Source: Octopus vulgaris
Taxonomy: Eukaryota
Direction of reading: 5' to 3'
DNA length: 64,000 nt
Assembly: GCA_951406725.2 (NCBI GenBank)
Contig: OX597817.1
Coordinates: 372,001-436,000, forward strand
In this document: piece by piece, positions 38,781 to 54,356 of the stretch
Layout: each line of letters starts with the position of its first letter
How positions within the stretch are numbered: the stretch's first letter is position 1
Translations under genes and position numbers: made by a program
Notes under the pieces: generated by a model
Database searches by the model: none
What the model was told of the DNA's origin: nothing
The model's input: only the letters and a program-made list of their open reading frames with translations

Positions 38781-40429
38781 TAGCATGGAACATAGGCATT
38801 AAATGATGATGATGACAATAACTGATTCTTGTTCTTGTCAACATTGAGATTTGCCTGGTCTCAATATATAAGCAAAAAAAAAAGTGAACTGGACTATTTT
38901 GATTTAGTTTGGTGGAGTTTCTATGTCAGATCAAAAGGAAAGGATACTAACAATTAACAACACAACCACAGACAACTTAGTATTTAATACATTCGTCTGA
39001 TACAGCTATAGTCAATATTGTGTTAAGGCATCCAGACTTTTAACTATCATATTGACTATGCTCTAATCAATACTCTATATTTTCTGTGTTTGACCTTATG
39101 GGACTATTGTCTCTGCAAATCATATTTTTGTTATAGCAAGGAGTTTTGAGCTTGCATTGTCAAACTGAAATATTCTTTGATACTAATTTTGTTATAAAGA
39201 GGTTCAATTAACACTCTGCTGAGTGGTTGGTGATAGGAAGAGCATCCTGCTGTAAAAATCCTGTCAAAACAGTCAGAGAAGTCTGGTGCAGGCTTCGGCT
39301 TGGCCGGCTCTTGTGGTACTATCCCACCCATACTAGAATGGAAGGCAGATGTTAGACGATGATGATGTTGATGATGATTGCTTCAATAGCATTATGACCA
39401 GGGACCAAAAAATATTTGTTAAACTGAAATATTTCTTACACTAGTATTCATTATAATAGTATTTCATTTATCATCGTCATCATCATTTAACTTCCTTTTT
39501 TCTATGCTGGCATGGGTTGGACGGTTTAACTAGAGCTGGCAAGCCAGAGGTCTATGCCAAGCTCTATTGTCTACTTTGGCATGGTTTCTATGGCTGGATG
39601 CTCTTTCTAATACCAACCACTTTACAGAATGTACTGGGTACTTTTTGTGGCACTTCTGTGGCACCAATTAACTTACAAGACAAAGACTCCTTGATTGAAA
39701 GGAGGAAGAATATTCTGTGAGATGGCTTTGTACTAGTTGATGGAGGGGTTAAAAAGAATAATAGAGGGATAGAAATAGAGTCTTGCTGTAGAGGAGATAC
39801 ATGGATACGCTTGTTGGAAAAGAAAGGAAAGAGGGATTTAGAGAGAAGAGATGGTGGTGGAGATGTATTGGAACTCTCAAGGTACAGTGGGAGGTGAAGT
39901 GATAGAGAAGATTGAAGAGGGTGGGCAGGGGAGATAGAGGAGAAAGTTTCATAAGAGTGTGAGGAGAAATGGTTAGTGGTGGGATAGATGTGACTGTAGT
40001 ATGTGATTATGAAAGATATAGAAGTGGATCAAGGGTGTTATGGTAGATATGTGAGGGCATTGTGAGTGGTAGAAGATAAGAGAAGTGTTAAGGATGGGGT
40101 ATAGCAAAGAGATAAGAGAGCAATGGCTGAAGGCACAGAAAGGCGGTGATTGGTGGGAACAGTGAGCAAGAGAAGATAATGAGAAATGGAAGTGGTTCCA
40201 GGGGGAAAGGAAAACAATGTAGCTTGTGCCTGTTTCACTCTTATATATACAGCAGCCAAGAAGTATATAGAGAAGGGATGAGTGTTAGAGGTTGAGATGC
40301 AGGGAAAATGCTTGACAGTGCAGAGAGAATGGGGGTGGAGCAAAGCCACACATATACAAGATGGTTTTAGGATATCAATTTTGTTGTGGTGGTCAGGTCT
40401 TCTTGAGCACAGCAAGATTCCAGTCATTT

Positions 40430-41820
40430 CAGTCCTTTGTTATCTTCTCTGTAAGGTTCAGCATCTTGAGATAAGCTTTCAATACTTCGTCCCATGTCTT
40501 CCTGAGTCTTCCTCTTCCACAAATTCTATCCACTTTAGTGATCAGTACTTCTTTATTCAACTGCCCTCGTTCATATGCATCACAGGATCAAATCAGACCA
40601 GTCTTCTATCTTGCACACTTCATCTAAGTCCTCTTGTGCTTAACTTTTCTGCCACTGCATTAGCACTTTGTCATACATGCACACTGATACTGCACATCTA
40701 ACAGAGCACATTAGCTTCATTCCTCTCTAGTTTTCACATGTCCTCTGCATTTAGGGCCATTGTTCCATTACCATGTAGCATTGCTGCTTGTGCGCAAGCA
40801 TCATACAATCTTCCTTTCAGCTGAAATGAAAGACTGTCATTGCTGACAGAGGTAAAAACCCTCTGAGTCTTCTCCATCCTATTCTTACTCTATCAATTAC
40901 ACTTTTAAAACATCCTCCTCCACTGCTAATTAGGTTTCCTAGATAGCAGAAGTTATCCACTACCTCTAGAGAAACACCTCTTCCCCCAGGACATTTGAGA
41001 AAATTTCCCATGTATCTATAGACTTTATGGTTTCTCTGCATCTTCCACACTTGAACACATCTGTTTTCTTGCTTACTAGAACCTTGGTCTTTGCTAAGTT
41101 AATTTTAAGACCCTTAGATTCTAGGTTTTGCTTCCACATCTGGAATTTCTTTTCTAGTTGTTACAGAATCTGCTATGAGAACAAGATCATTATGTAGTAG
41201 TTCCCAGGGGCAGCTAATCTTAAATTCCTGTTATGGCCTGGAGGACAATGATGAATAGGAGAGGACTGAGAACTGAGCCTTGGTGAATGCCTACCTGTAC
41301 CCTAAATTCATCATGGTTAACTCTTACCTTACTGACAGCATGTGCGTGGCCTGTACAGCTTTCACAAGCCATTCATCTACCCCTAGCTTCATCAGAGACC
41401 ACCATATCACAGAGTGAAGTACTCTGTTAAAGACTTTCCCTAAATCAATGGGTGCCAAGTAAACACTTCTCCTGCAGTTGTCTACGAAGAAACACCAGTC
41501 GTGCTTTTTCCAGCCAAACTGCATTTCATCTAGTCAATTTTTTCTGGATTGTCTGGGCTAGAACTTTCTCTGTAACTTTCATAACAAGGTCCAGAAATTT
41601 GATATCTCTGTAATAACTATTATCTAAGGCATCCCTTGTAGCAGCTGACTATAATGCTGCTACACCAGTGATTAGGGATGACATCTTTCTGAATAACTTC
41701 ATTCCTCCTTACCTGATATAGCTCTTTGCTACCTCCATTTCTCCAGTCTTTCCAAGCCTGTCTCTTCACTTTTACAGCCTTATCTTCCTCGCCATTCTAC
41801 CACCATGTCCTTCTCAGACT
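40430..41820 (-). mobile_element. Degenerate RTE-type LINE RT
   Basis: DLGKVFNRVLHSVIWWSLMKLGV, GIHQGSVLSPLLFIIVL and LEVVDNFCYLGNLISSGGGC. Confidence 0.8.
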
Positions 41821-41842
41821 GGCAGATTGTATGTATCATCAT

Positions 41843-41875
<33 letters not shown>

Positions 41876-42718
41876 TTAATGTCTGTTCTCCATGCTGACA
41901 TGGGTTGGACAGTTTTACCAAGAGCTGGCAAGCTGAAGAGCTGCCTAGGATCCTTGTCTATTTTAGCATGGTTTCTAGAGCTGGATTCCTTTCATAACAC
42001 CAACCACTTTATAAAGTGTACTGGGTGCTTTTATGTAACACTGGTATGAGTGCTTTTCATATGTGTGTTACTGCTTTGACATTGCATGATAGTTGTAAAT
42101 GAGTGTCACTGTCATGCAAGTGGTGTCCTTCAATTCCAATCTTCCATGGTTATGAGGAAATATTTCTTTGCTTGGAAACATAGAAAATTTACTTCAACAA
42201 ACTTCTGTTCAATCTATGTAAGCATGGAAAAGTGATGATGAAGGTGTGTGTGTGTGTGTATATCTTTGGTTAATGTAAGTTTTTCATGCTGGCACATGTA
42301 GGACAGTTTGATAAGATGACTAGTCTCAGGGTTGTATCAGGCTCCAATGTCAGCTTTGGCTTGTCTTCTACAGCTGGATACCCTTCCTAAAACCAACCAT
42401 TCTACAGTGTGTATTAAGTCCTTTTTTTCATGACACCAGCATAAGAGAGATCACCAAATAATTTGCAAGAGAAAGGAAAGAAAGGAAAGAAGAAAGTCCA
42501 CTCAACTGAGTGGGAGTGTATTTAAGAGAGTGGGGGTGGCTGAGACAGAAGGGATGTGATTTGAGTAAGAATTGTTTACTATTTCTATCAGGCATAGCCA
42601 TAATGTTGTGTTAGTTTATCTTGTACATATAGCCATAAGGGTGTGATGTGAAAGGGATTTGGCTGCTATGCCTATCAAGTTGAGATATCGTGTAGAGGCT
42701 CTATTACTAGTTCTTATA

Positions 42719-43600
42719 TACAAGGGGGTACCAAAAAGTAACCAGAAATATTCTCTGTGGGACAAACCCATTGTAGTTCAGGCGTCTGCCAGTAGAAGCC
42801 ACTTGATGCGACCCTCAGGCATCAGAACAATTGATGAACAGGTGGGCCCTGGAGCTCCTGCCAACAAATGTTTAGTGAGGAATTGCAAATGAAAAGAATT
42901 GCAGCAAGATTTGTGCCTTGCTTGCTCATGGAGGTTGCATGTTGTGAACTGAAAGAACAGTTGGAAGTTGATCTGAACCTCTTTTCAAAGGCCATCACTG
43001 GTGACAAAAGCTGGAGCTATGGCTATATCTTGGAAACAAAGCAATAGTCAAATCAATGGAAGCATTTAATCTTGCCCCACCCCAAAAAAGCAGGTCAAGT
43101 GAAGTCCAATGTCAAGACAATGCTGGTTTGTTTCATGCAAAGGGAATTGCAAAGGGAAATGCTCAAACAGAATTTGGTGAAACTGTTAACCAGATATTTT
43201 ACTTGGCAGTTCTGAAGTGTTTGAAAGATGCAGTGAGACAAAAACTCCATGACCTGTGGCAAAGGGGAGAGTGGTGGCTTCATTACAACAATGCACCTGC
43301 ACACACTGCTTTGAGTCTGAAACAGATTTTGACCCAAAATGGCATGACCCCATTATGCACCCTCCCAATTCACTCGATCTTGCACCTTGCAACTTGTTTT
43401 TTGTTCCCCCAAAGGTAAAAAGTCCTTAAAGGAAAATATTTTGCAAATGTGAAAGTGGTGAAGAAAAGCGTAAAAAAGGCATCACTTTGCAAGAGTTACA
43501 GCACTGCTTTGAACAGTGGAAGGCGTGTCTGGACCAATGCATTGCTTCAACTGGAGAATACTTTGAAGGCGGTAAAAGTGTAAACATGTAAAACTAAGTG
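42719..43600 (+). mobile_element. mariner (DD34D) transposon relic
   Basis: TA-CAAGGGG..CCAAAAAGT left end; ARFVP, ITGDKSW..Y..ETKQ, WWLHYNNAPAH and HPPNSLDLAPCN (YSPDLAPxD-like). The right end is interrupted by the CR1 tail. Confidence 0.8.
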
Positions 43601-43602
43601 AA

Positions 43603-46600
43603 TGTTAGTTAGTTAGTTAGTTAGTTTGGCTCAAAAGCAAATAGCAAGGCCATGTAGGGGGACATGGAGTTAAGTACAGGGTGGTGTTCATGTAAAGAGT
43701 TCAGGCCACTTGAGGTCAAGAGAAACTTTGAACAAAGCGGTCGTCGGCATCTTCACCATCTCGTCTGGCAGCTTGTTCCACGGATCCGCAACCCGGACGG
43801 AGAAAGCTCCTCTCCTTTGATTGAGATGAAATCGTCACAGGTAGAGCTTTTCGGAATGACCCCGCAGCCGATGCTCTGGAGCAGGAGTGAAGAACAGCTC
43901 TTTCGAGAGGTTACACTTTCCGCTTATGATGTTGTGAGTGAGAATGAGATCACCACGGTGGCGGCGTTTTTCTAGAGAATAAAGGTCGAGCGTCCTCAGC
44001 CTTTCTTCATAAGACAAATTTTTGAGACCATGAACCATGCGGGTAGCCAGCTTCTGGACTCTTTTGAGATGCTGTATGTCTTTGAGGAGATAAGGAGAAG
44101 AGGCTTGAATCCTGTACTCCAATATGGGTCTCACCAGCATGACATAGAGTGGTAGGAATATGGCTGCTGTGAGCATTCCGAATGACCGTCGAATCAAGAA
44201 CAGAATTCCGCGTGCTTTGTTGGCAGCATGGACGCACTGGGCCAAAGGCGAAAAGGAGGAATCCACCAAGATACCCAGGTCCTTTACCTGATCGGCCCTC
44301 TCCAGCAGCAGACGACCCGGCTCGAAATCAAGTTGAGTTGCAGGAGGAGAGCCAACAGGCAGATGACAGCACTTTGACACGTTCAGACACAGGTCCCATT
44401 CATTAGACCACCTCCAAATTTGGTGGAGGCATCGACGAAGATCCTTTATATCACCGGAGCGACCAGTTTGACATTGTCGGCAAATAGAAGGGTGTGTTGC
44501 GTGAGGTCGTCAGGCAAGTCATTTATGAAGACTAAGAACAATAAGGGCCCAAGCACTGAACCTTGAGGCACGCCACTGCTCGCACTGGAGACGTCGGACC
44601 GCGAACCATTAACTTGGACTTGGAAGGAGCGATCTGAGAGGAAGGCACCAACCCATCATACAATATCCGGATAGAAACTATATGCTTGAAGCTTGACAAG
44701 TAATAGGCGGTGGTTTACTGAGTCAAAAGCTTTGGCAAAGTCCAATAAAACGATGTCAACAGCATCACTATCATCGAGGATGCGCGTCACCAATTCTTCC
44801 ATTACCAGTAAGTTGGTCAAGCATGATCTCTTCGGCACGAAGCCGTGTTGGGAATCAGAGATAGAGGCTGTGTTTTGGAGGTGGAGCATCATACTTTTCT
44901 TAAGGATGGTTTCGAACATCTTGCTGATTATTGATGTAAGGGAAACCGCTCGGTAGTTAAGCGGGTCTTCGCGGCTCCCTTTCTGAAAATTGGGCAGATT
45001 ATCGCTGTTCTCCAGTCCGCATGTATAACACCCATCGCCAATGACATATTGAATAGACGTGTTAAGGGCTCGCAGATGACCGGAGCCAACGCTTTGATAA
45101 CCCGTGGGTGTATGCCGTCAGGGCCATGACCCTTGTTGACATCGAGGCCTTGAATAACACGTTTGACTTCATCCAATCGAAGCATTGGAGGTACCGATCT
45201 ATCAAATGGAGGGGGTTCACGACCATCATCTTGTTTGAAAATAGTTGAAAAAGCCTCGGCAAATAATTGACTCTGTTGATAAGGGTCCTCAATCGATACG
45301 CTTGTTGAGTCTACCAACGTTGCAATTTGGTTGTTCAAGCGGGAATTCCATTGGACATGGGCAAAGAAGGTTTTTGGATTGCTACTGGCATTTGCCGCGA
45401 TTTTGTATTCATAACTAAAGCGTTCTTCCTTTTCAATTTTCATGGCTCGGTCTTGTTGAGTTTTGTACACCTCAAAAGCTGCAGTCAAATCCAGATTTTT
45501 TAATTCAGCCCAAGCAATATCTTCGAGTCGAAGTTCTCGTTTAACCTTCTTCGTCACCCAGGACTTGTGTTTCTTCTTCTTGGGAAGCCCAACGGGAACT
45601 GCCTGGTCAGTTACATATGCTTTGAGGGATGACCATAGTTCGTCAACTCAACTGAGGACATCGTCATCAGGGATCGCCAGTCCAGAAGCACGGAAGCCTC
45701 AGTTAGAATTTCAAGATTAATTGCAGAGAAGACTCTACGTGGCAGCGAAGTAGTCGTGGGCGTAGAAAAAGTTGTGTGCATGACGAACTTCAGGACCGCA
45801 TGATCACTCTTGGCAAGAGAGGCGCACACAGATACGTCTGACACTGATCTTGGATAGCGGGAGAATATACCAGATCCAGCATAGATGGCTGCTGCCCAGA
45901 CCGATGCCTTGTCGGATATTCAACATGTTGCGATAGAAAACAATCTTCAGCCACGTCAAGAAGGGCCTGGCCAAACCGGGAAGATGATGTACAGATTGAT
46001 GCGGGCCAATCGATCGTGGGAGTGTTGAAGTCTCCTAGTATCAAACAGTCATGTGAGGCTGAAATGAATCTTATCGCTTCGAGTAAATGAGCATCGTCTG
46101 GGGGTCGGCCTGTAGACAGCCAACACGGGCAGGCAAAACCCGAATAGGCTCAGCTTGCAATAGACAGCATCGAATTTTGTTGTAGGTTGAGCATTAGTGG
46201 GTAGAATACCGCTGGACGGTTTGAGATCAGATTTAACATACACAGCAACACCTCCACCTCGCCTTTTTTCTCTGTCACATCTGAAGAGGGCGTAGCCCTG
46301 TAGGTGGATTTCCGAGTCCTTTACTGCTTGAATCAGCCAAGTTTCGGTGATAGCTATCACATGAGGGGAGTCACGTATGGCCAGTGTAAATAGTTTGCTG
46401 AACTTTGGAAATAAGGAGCATGAGTTGGTATAGACGATGCTGAGCTGTGAAGTTTGAGGGGCGGGAGTTGGGGAACAAGCAGAATAAGGGGTATCAGAGA
46501 TAGCATCGTTGACGGGGGTATCTACTTTACTTCGATTCGCCCTCAATTCACCTTCCCTGTCAGCACTACAGCATGCGACCAGAGGTAGGACTTGATTATG

Positions 46601-46700
46601 AAATGATATTGTAAAAGTTCCAGTTTGTTTTGGGTACCCCACATACATCAATACAGAAGGCAGCAGAGTGTGATTTGGCAACTGTTTCCAGCATGTCATT
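43603..46700 (-). mobile_element. CR1-clade LINE, nearly complete ORF2 (AP endonuclease and RT), frameshifted; (CTAA)n tail
   Basis: VYTNSCSL, IAITETWL, DREKRRGGGVAVYVK, ILGDFN, SDH, GPDGIHPRV, QHGFVPKRSCLTNL, LDFAKAFD and PQGSVLGP. Confidence 0.92.
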
Positions 46701-47936
46701 TTACTATTAATCCTTTAGCCTTAGGCAAGAACTTGCTTAGACCAAACTCCCTGTGAAGTCACTTTTGCTGCAGGGTTTCTTTAGTAACATGGAAATGCTA
46801 GGATTTCCCTACATTAGGGAATATGCAGTATGTATATAATCCTTTCTACTATAGGTACAAGGCTTGAAATATTGGGGGAGGCGGTTAGTCGATTACATTG
46901 ACCTCAGCAGTCCACTGGTATTTATTTTATCAACCCCGAAAGCATGAACGGTAAAGTCAACCTCAACAGAATTTGAACTTAGGACATAAAAATGGATGAA
47001 ATGCTGCTAAGCATTTTGTCTGGCATGCTAAGGATTCTGCCAGCTCACCACTTTGCTGTGTCTATACGATAAAAGTATAAATGTAGCAGGTACACTATGG
47101 CTATATGGTTAAGAAGTTCATGTGGTTAGGGGCTCAGTCCCATTGAGTAGATACCATCAGCTGGTTTCTTCGACTATAACTATGTGTTGGCCAATACCTT
47201 ATAAGTGAATTTGGTAGGCAGAAACTGAAGAAGCCAGCCATATATAAATGTACATATTTATGTAGATGTGACAGAGTTTGTATTTCCCTGTGTCCTCATG
47301 GCTATAAACAAAAAGCCTCAATGTTCATGTAATGTTTGTTTCTAGTCTTCCATGTAACAATGTTTGTATTCTTGTTCAAGAAACAGAGGGATTATTATGT
47401 TACTTGGTATCTAATAGCAAAAAACTCCACCTCAACATAGTTCCATCTAATCCATGCATGAAAAAGCAATCATCATCACCACTGATGATGATGATGATCA
47501 TGATGGTAAGAATTAAAGAAAATGTTACTCAAAAATACATTTGCATATATTGAACCTATTCATTGTTTCGTATAGAACCCAAGAATTTTAGGGTACCTTG
47601 GTTGGGTAATACAGCAGTTGTGTGGTTTGAGGGAAAACATTTGCAAGACATCAGTGATATGTGGCTGCTATATTGAAGTCTATCTACAATGTAGACAGCT
47701 CCCTAATTGACTGTTAGATGCATATATGCACACATAAGACAGTAGAGAAAAACTGTTGTTGAATAGTTTGCATATTTGTCTTTCTTAGACACAGTCATTG
47801 AGCTCGAGTTTGATAAAAGAAAATATTTTCCTGTTATTTAAAATGTTATTACATTAACATAGTCATCTACGTTTAATATAATCAACAAATTTCAATTTAT
47901 CCACCTTACAGGTGGTGTTGGTAAGTACAGTGATAA

Positions 47937-48157
47937 GGCGGGAAGCTGGCAGAAACGTTAGCACGCTGGGCGAAATGCTTAGCGGTATTTCGTCTGCCGC
48001 TACGTTCCGAGTTCAAATTTCGCCCAGCTCGACTTTGCCTTTCATCCTTTCGAGATTGATTAAATAAGTACCAGTTACGCACTGGGGTCAATATAATCGA
48101 CTTAATCTGTTTGTCTGTCCTCTCTGTGTTTAGCTCCTCGTGGGTAGTAAAGAAATA
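47937..48157 (+). mobile_element. Full-length SINE family 2 copy with 17-bp target-site duplication
   Basis: tRNA-like head (TGGCAGAAACGTTAG, GAGTTCAAATT), family core, and TSD GGTAAGTACAGTGATAA at 47920-47936 and 48158-48174. Confidence 0.88.
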
Positions 48158-49489
48158 GGTAAGTACAGTGATAACATTCCACAGTTACATTATTGAAAGG
48201 GGACTGCCATTAACCTTTCAGCATTCAGGTGATACTGTCAAATCTAATACTTATTGATTCATATTATTTTATAATTAATTATGCATTATCATGTAACTTT
48301 AAGAATTTTGATGAGGTGATTGACATAAAGAGCCAGATTTTGACAGTTTGAACATAAAATAGGAAGAATATTGAAACCAGTTATGCTTGGTCTAAATGCT
48401 AAAGGGTTAATGTGATATTGTTGTTACCAACTTCCGAACAAAGGTACACACCAGCTGCTACAGCTGTTTACATAGTTTATTTAAGGAATTCTATAATTAT
48501 TAACAGTGATCCAATTCCAGTTATTTATCAGTAATTCTATACTTAGATTCTTTTAATTTAGTACTTTTAGTACTTAGTTTCATTATTATTGTTCATGATG
48601 TCATAGTTGTTATTTAATCCCAAGTAAATTCTGATGGGGGGGGGGGGGGACATATTCCAGCCATGACCATCTCATTTAATCTTATATCAAAGACTACATT
48701 GCATTGTTTAATATATCCAGCACTATCCAAGTTTATAAAATTTGAGGCAGATTTTCTTTTAATGGCTGGATGCTCTTCCTGTCACCAACCTTCACCTGTT
48801 TCCAACCAAGGTAATACTTACCCATGGTCAAACTTGTTTACGCAGAATATTGGAAATGAATGACATTTATTTACAATAATCATGCTATGTTAAGACAAGG
48901 AGACACAATTACACACACACATAAATACCACAGGTTTCATTCAGTTTCTGTCTACCAAATCCACTCACAGGGCTTTGGTCAGCTGGAAGCTATAATAGAA
49001 GACACTTGCCCAAGGTGCCATGCAGTGAGACAACCCAAACCATGTAGTTGGTAAGCAAGCTTCTTAACCACACATCTACGGCAGCAACCATTATTATTAC
49101 TGTAAAGCTATTACATTATATTAGTTAGCAGGGATGTTGTTTTGCAGTATTGTGAAAACAGTTCTCTTCAAATCTCAAAAGTCTCCAAGATTCTGGTAGA
49201 ATACAGGATGCCACTTTTCTGTCCCAGTTTCAGAATCCTTCAGCCTCTCAAGAGCACCAGTTACCACAAGAACAATTGTCATCTTAATCATACACAATCT
49301 CTTCATCTCTCAGGTATTTATATTTTATTTCTTAATTTCTTTGGCATCCATTCTAGTATCACATAGCATTGCAAATTCATCGACTTTACACATTTCTTTT
49401 GCTTTTTGTGTGTGTGTGTTTCTCCATAATCATATCTGTCTCTATGTAAAAATCCCATAAAACCCCATTTATTATTATTATTATTATAT

Positions 49490-50145
49490 TTTATTTCTCA
49501 GAGCTCTTGATCTTACTTGCTCCAATTAATTCTGTGAAAGTGGACAGCAACCTATTGTCAAAGGTCTCACATGGCCTCCTTCTACAAATTAAGATTTGGT
49601 ACCTAGATGTTAAGCACCATGGAAGATACTTAACACTCAAGTACCAATAGAGCATTTTTGGAGCATGCTCTACCATCATGTCAATTCCAGTATGTCTAAC
49701 ATATTCCTCAAACTTGGTTGTTATTACTCCCAGTGCTCCTACAGCTATGGGGATGGCAGCTACTCTCTTCATTGCCAACATTCTAGCCATTTTGTCATTT
49801 AGTATATTTTTCCACCTTCAACAGCTCTTTGTTACATACACATGTATTCCCAGGTATGGCAATATCTATGATCTTAGCTTCCTTCTATCCACTACAACAA
49901 TGCCTAGTCTTCTGGCATCAATTAGAGAGTCACATTGGATTGTAAAGTCCCACAAGATCTTATACTCATGATTCTCAGTGACGCCTTCTGGTTTATGTTT
50001 GTAGCATTTCCATGTTCTTCCAGGACGGTACTTCTCACACAATCTCCAGTGAACAAACTTAACTATGTTATCATGCCTCCTTTGGGCCATTTTGCTACTT
50101 TCATTCACACCATGTGATGTTTCGTTTTCACTGTCACACACCCTA
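49490..50145 (-). mobile_element. R4/Dong-like LINE 3' fragment (RLE domain)
   Basis: C..C.SENET.H..., RRHDNIVKFVHW.LC, KILWDFTIQCDSLIDARRLGIVVVD and IPIAVGALG. The 3' end abuts (TAA)n. Confidence 0.8.
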
Positions 50146-51258
50146 TATGCCCTGATGCAGTACTAAGCAGTGGCTCTCATGGCTTCTAATCTTAACTGAT
50201 TGGAAGTGTTATGATGTACATTGTTTTGTCTAGGTATAAAAGATGGACGAGAGCAAATATTCTGCTCAATACCACAGATCTGCTTGTCTGTTGTTTGACC
50301 TTAACTAGTTGAAAATGTCCCTTAGTGGCTGACGATATGTGCTGTGATCATGAGCAGAAGTAGCGAGGGAGCATCGTAGTCATGTATTGAGAGGAATTCT
50401 TTGAAGTTTAAATAATTCACCTCTGGAAACATGGGTGTTTTGTTCATCATCCTTAAAACAACCCTTATTCAGGGACCTTTTGAATGGGATGGGCTACTCA
50501 ACCTGAAGAAAATTGTAACCTGCAAGGTCAGGCACTGTTTATCTTGAAGGGATCACCATGTCACACAGATGTGGTTGTGATGCATGTGCCTTGTGTACTC
50601 TTATCAGACAGGTAGTCATGCCTCCTTTTGGGCTAGTTTGTTACACTCACTTGCAACATGTGATATTGTTTCATTTTTGCTACCACACATCCTACTATTA
50701 TTATTATATATTTATAACATCAATGTTTTCATCAATGTTTAATAGAAATATCTTAACTATTTTGTCGAAATTCTGTCAAATACATGAGCCCATTATGGAC
50801 AAAATGGTGTTAAAATGATAATCATAATTATATTTAATTTTCTTTGGGTGGGGGATTGCTTTGTTATTATTTTTCTGTTTTTTGCAGGATTTTTTTTTTT
50901 ACTATTTTACAAAATGTACCATCAACATTGTCATTTGTGTAAAATATATATGATGTTACCAGATTTAGCATCTATATAGAAAAACATATTGCATGTTCAT
51001 ATAAGCCTCTACATGGCTGTTCGCCCTATATAAAAAAAAAATACAGTTCAATCTCCCACAAATAGAACATTTCTGATCCTAGGTCTACTCAACCAGGCTT
51101 GGCCTGTGATTTAACAACGCACATTTAAGGCAAACACATACCTACATACACAGAAGAAATTTGAAAAAAAAATTTAAGTGTTTTAATTAAAACATTTATC
51201 TTTTCTTTGTAACTGAAAGAGATTCCAAGATAGGAGGAGAAAAGAAGGAAAAAGAAAA

Positions 51259-51295
<37 letters not shown>

Positions 51296-51812
51296 TTTAA
51301 AATATATAAAAAAAAATACATTTTACAATTTACAATTTAATTCCAATTAAAAGAACTCTTATTTACATTGTCTTCTCTTTACATTGCAACATTTTTGTTC
51401 TTTCCTTTTTTGGTTTTGAAGGAATATTTATTACATATATGTTATATATATACATGTAATATTATTAGCGGTTCATTTTCTGCTTTTTACATTTATATTT
51501 TTTTTCCATGTTAGAATGGCTGAGTTATCTTTATTAATTTAATTCTCCTTCTTCCTTCAAATTTTGTTACAGCTTATTGTCTTTTTTTGTTTTTTTTTAA
51601 TCTTTTTACAGTGAGATACTCGGCTCCTGCTGCTGCTGCTGAGCATTCAACCTTGGAGTCTGAATGGGATCTGCTGTTTGTCAATCACAGCACACCCAAG
51701 AAAACAAAGTTATGTGCCTTGCCCAAGGGAACACACAGGAGGTTTGAAATTGTATAATCAAAGCCAAGCCTTTAGTAAGGTTAGCTCCCATTACAGTATG
51801 TGTGTGTGTATA

Positions 51813-51847
<35 letters not shown>

Positions 51848-54122
51848 ACACGTATATACATATGTGCACATGTAAGTAAGTATGTATGTGTGCATGGTGT
51901 GTGTGTGTGGGGGGGGAGGTATCAAAGAGAATTTCTTAAAGAGAGAATAAGAAAGCTGGTGTTGTGGTTGAAGGCAAGAGTGTCGACACAGGTGGTAAGC
52001 AACCAGCAAACGAGCGAGCGCACTTTCACAAACATCCACCCTCCATGTTCTTTTCTCAGAGTTCCAAATCCAGTTGGTTGGGATGCGATTAGGATGGCAT
52101 GGTTTACTATGCTGTGACTCCATTCCTCCATGTCTCAGATAAAATACATACCAGTAATATACTGGAAAAAACAAACCCACCACTACCAGAGAAATATATC
52201 CTGACTATGTCCCCCCCTCCCTCTCTTCCATCTTGTACATTTCATTACCACCAGTACCACCATTGATTAACATCACCATCACTGCATGAAGCTTCCCTCC
52301 TCTCTCTTTAACTGTTGACCACCATCACCACAACACATTTGACTTCTCTGCTCCACCAAAGGCACCCAAGACCAGTATACTGAAACACACCCAACACCTC
52401 TACCTCTACTCCCACATTCAGACACAAACGCAGTATATAATGTGTAATCTAACACAAGTAACTTACTCAAATACATTAATACTAATCTATGGAGCTAATT
52501 TATTAACCTTATTGAATCTATATTATTTTTAATCTGTTTGACATGAGGGTGTGTTGCTGTGTGTGTGTGCATGGAGTGAATGCTACTCTATCATCCACCT
52601 GCGATTACATCAAGCCCAGGGCTCAATTGGTACTTATTTTATCGGCCCTGAAAGGATGAAAGACAAAAGCTAAACCTGGCAGAGTTTGAACTCAGAACAT
52701 AAAGCTGGAAGAAATGCATTTTGTCCAGCGTGCTAACGAGTCTGCCAGCTCACTGCCCCAGATTCTAACATAGGTATAAAGACTCAAATACAGCAAATGG
52801 GTATAGCCAGTTATATTGACCCCAGCACTTGATCAGTACTACATTTTATCAACCCGGAAAGGATGAATGACAAAGATGAACTCTGTCAGATTTAACATGA
52901 GAACATAAAAATATAGGCCATCGTCACAACTAAATTAATATTTTCACAATCCATACGAACTTGTAACACACTTTCACTTCACTTTTGGAAGTTAGCAGGG
53001 TTAAAAACCAGTAGGAGACAAACTCTGCTGAGTAGGAAACCAGTTTACCTCAGGCAATTCTTAAATGAAGTAAAGAGTGCAACATGAGCAGGATTGCAAT
53101 AATATTGTCCTAACAATGAACTTGATCAATCACAGATGCACACACATACATTCCTCCAAAATAGCCAAAGTCAGGTAAGCTTTAGATAGACTGTCCATCA
53201 ATGTACCCTGCAAGTCACCCATTTTACTTATACACATTCACCCAAATTGTCCAGAGCTCTTGAGCTCACTTGAAGCTGAACAAGGGACACAATATGCTTC
53301 ATAAATTTTGAATAAACCATTCCAGAGAGAGGAGAAGAGAAAAGGAATGGACTAATCAAAATTGGGTTTGGCAAGTTCTTTTTCAGTCTCACTTGCAATT
53401 GGTGGAACAATTTGTAGGCAGGTGATAGAAGATGGGTGGGTAGAAATTTCAAAATGAAGGAAAGAGGGTATAATAAAGGATTGTGGGAAAGCAACAACAA
53501 TGTTATAGTTGACTGTGATGGTGATTACAGTAATCCTAGTTGTAGTGACAGTTGAGGCGGTGGTAAAGACAAAGTGTAAAGGATGGGATAGTGGATATAG
53601 ATATATATATATATATATATATATATCTCCACCAGAGTTATTTTACAACAAATACTAAAAACAAGAGTAGGCCAGGTCAAGTGAGCTGGGTAAGCAGTTG
53701 AGTCTAGTTGGATGTTGTATGTTCAGAGTAATGTCTACCAAATAAAGATCAGCAAACAACTGAAAGAGCAGTTGTGGAAACTGAAGGAATCCTTGGTGGT
53801 GATGGATGGTGTTGGTCAGTAGTGGAAGGCCAGATGGAAATCTGAATGGTAAGGATTGTAACAAGAAAAAAGAGAAAACAGTAATATGGTAAGAAAGAAG
53901 AAGTAAAGAAAAGAAAAATGGGAAGAAAGAACTTAAAAAAAAAAAGAAAAAGATGAAAGAAAAATATGTAAGAGTGGGGGGGGGGGGGGGGGGGGGCATG
54001 AAACACCAAAACTGGGGTTGTCAATCAGGAAGGAGTGATCACAATGGGGAGATAGAAGAGAGTAATTGTGGTGGTAGTAATGGGGAGAGCAGATGCAGCA
54101 GGTGTGAAGATGGTGAGAAGGT

Positions 54123-54356
<234 letters not shown>

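Noticed and set aside
47937-48020. tRNA gene
   Set aside because: The A/B-box-like head belongs to a SINE with a TSD; no full cloverleaf.
51575-51660. Plus-strand splice acceptor TTTTTACAG followed by (CTG)n
   Set aside because: No ORF or partner donor; more simply the complement of A-rich sequence downstream of the PI4KB stop (probable 3' UTR).
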